DNA of 64,000 nt from an uncultured Bacilli bacterium (GTDB lineage Bacteria; Bacillota_I; Bacilli_A; RFN20; CAG-288), in NCBI GenBank assembly GCA_963544395.1, contig CAUUFA010000008.1, positions 12,243 to 76,242 of the forward strand. The letters run 5' to 3'. The translations under genes and the position numbers were made by a program. Under the pieces are notes generated by a model, which saw nothing but the letters and a program-made list of their open reading frames with translations, was not told where the DNA came from and did no database searches. Shown here in pieces: positions 62,836-64,000 of the stretch (its first letter is position 1; each line of letters starts with the position of its first letter).

Positions 62836-63813
62836 TCAGTCGTTGTAGAGCTCGTAGGTATCCGAGACGGATTTATCAGAAGAGACGGCAGCGATGACTT
62901 CGGCGATCATCGGCGCGAGGCTGACGACCTGGATATTGAGATCGCGATTGGAGGTGAACCTATGATCGAGCGGGATAGAGTCGGTGAAGTAAAGCTTGTC
63001 GAAGACGTGGTTGGTCGAGAAGCGCTCATAGGCAGGATCAGAGAGGACCGGATGGACAGCCGCCATCATGATCCGCTTCGCTCCGGCGTTTTTCAGCGCC
63101 AAAGCGCCTGCGATCGCCGAGCCTGCGGTATCGATCATATCGTCGATGAGGAGACAGTCCTTGCCGGCAACTTCGCCGATGATGTTCATGACTTCCGGCT
63201 GATATTTGTTGTTTCTTCTCTTATCGATGATCGCAAGCGGAGCGATGAGTTTCTCCGCCACTTTCCTAGCACGATTGACGCCGCCGTGATCGGGAGAGAC
63301 GACGACGGTATTGGCTTTATCGATAAAGGGGTCGTTATATAACACATGACCGACGAGAGGGATAGCCGACATGTCATCCTCAAGGCAGGAGAAGAAGCCC
63401 TGTTCCTGGGAGGCGTGAAGATCGAAGGTGATGACGCGGTTAGCTCCCGCGACGGAAAGCATATCGGCGACAAGCTTCGCTGAGATCGGCTCTCTTGGTT
63501 TGGACTTGCGATCCTGTCTGGCATAGCCGTAATACGGGATGATCGCGGTGATTTCCCTGGCGGAAGCTCGTCTTAAGGAATCGATGAAGATCAGAAGTTC
63601 CATCAGATTATCGTTGACCGGCGGGCAGGTGGATTGGATGATGAATACTTTCTTTCCGCGGACTGTTTTATCCGGGCAGGCAAGAATTTCTTTGGATGGG
63701 AATTTAGAAAGATGAACGTCACTCAATGTCGTACCTAAACATTCGGCAACAGACTTTCCTAAATCTGGGTTAGCGGAAAGAGCAAAGACAACGGTATCCT
63801 TATCAAGCTTCAT
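62836..63813 (-). CDS. prs: ribose-phosphate pyrophosphokinase
   Basis: FDLHASQEQGFF and the PRPP-binding loop LLIDDMIDTAGS. Start at ATG 63813 (GGAGG 6 nt upstream). The track TTG start lies inside the SD. Confidence 0.94.
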   Translation of the reverse strand: MKLDKDTVVFALSANPDLGKSVAECLGTTLSDVHLSKFPSKEILACPDKTVRGKKVFIIQSTCPPVNDNLMELLIFIDSLRRASAREITAIIPYYGYARQDRKSKPREPISAKLVADMLSVAGANRVITFDLHASQEQGFFSCLEDDMSAIPLVGHVLYNDPFIDKANTVVVSPDHGGVNRARKVAEKLIAPLAIIDKRRNNKYQPEVMNIIGEVAGKDCLLIDDMIDTAGSAIAGALALKNAGAKRIMMAAVHPVLSDPAYERFSTNHVFDKLYFTDSIPLDHRFTSNRDLNIQVVSLAPMIAEVIAAVSSDKSVSDTYELYND

Positions 63814-64000
63814 GTTAACCTCCAATTTTCCATGTGCTATTGTATCTCAAAACGCGTGGTGTTTCATCACCTAGAAACAGAAAGCGTTTAAAATCACCGC
63901 TTTTGATAGTTTCAGAAGAAAAGAGCCATCCTTTTTATGTCTCTGTATATTCAAAACAATCCTTTTTTTCGAGAAGAATCGAGGTTGATACTCCTCGGTT

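Noticed and set aside
1-64000. Scan for CRISPR arrays, rRNA genes, IS elements, prophage genes, retron/DGR reverse transcriptases and long tandem repeats.
   Set aside because: I found no regularly spaced direct repeats, no rRNA-like conserved stretches, no transposase, integrase or RT-like ORFs, and no tandem repeats beyond the (TA)n tract at 31303..31330 and the 37-bp pair at 3924/4001.

Overview
This 64-kb chromosomal window comes from a Firmicutes/Mollicutes-like bacterium. GC is roughly 50% by eye, TGA is used as a stop codon, and many proteins carry charged terminal extensions. The window mixes core housekeeping blocks with transport and sensing loci.

Housekeeping genes:
- tdk, tRNA-Lys(CTT)
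- yaaA-recF-gyrB-gyrA, serS, asnA
- rpmG-secE-nusG
- rpmH-rnpA-yidC-jag
- mnmE-tatD-rnmV-rsmA, lgt, prs

Transport and sensing loci:
- a P-type ATPase
- an Mgl/Rbs-type sugar ABC transporter sitting next to a lipoprotein sensor, a YesM-type kinase and a YesN-type regulator
- a BMP-family nucleoside/purine ABC transporter behind a guanine-class purine riboswitch
- two MATE exporters
- an alpha-galactosidase plus GPH-symporter insert

I saw no rRNA, CRISPR array, integrase, transposase or prophage.

Observations most worth follow-up:
1. An uncharacterised fused polytopic permease (DUF1538-like) is translationally coupled to two tandem PII-like proteins (15.5-18.0 kb). It lies beside an orphan 1+3-TM membrane protein and a GntR/TrkA-C regulator.
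2. The sugar ABC permease carries a roughly 255-aa coiled-coil N-terminal domain.
3. A single-gene AAA+/DUF4143-like cassette sits next to tRNA-Lys. Twin 37-bp palindrome-containing repeats bracket its promoter, and an 11-bp direct repeat flanks it.
4. GNAT and MutY are fused in one ORF.
5. At least six genes have a -10 box 6-9 nt from the start codon and no Shine-Dalgarno sequence, which suggests leaderless mRNAs.
6. Origin-region synteny is broken. The recF-gyrBA and rpmH-jag blocks are both present, but dnaA and dnaN are absent.
7. One locus (48.6-49.7 kb) holds decayed fragments of an FtsX-type permease and an AAA_15/21-type ATPase.

All product calls rest on motifs I could read in the translated ORFs. 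No database search was run.
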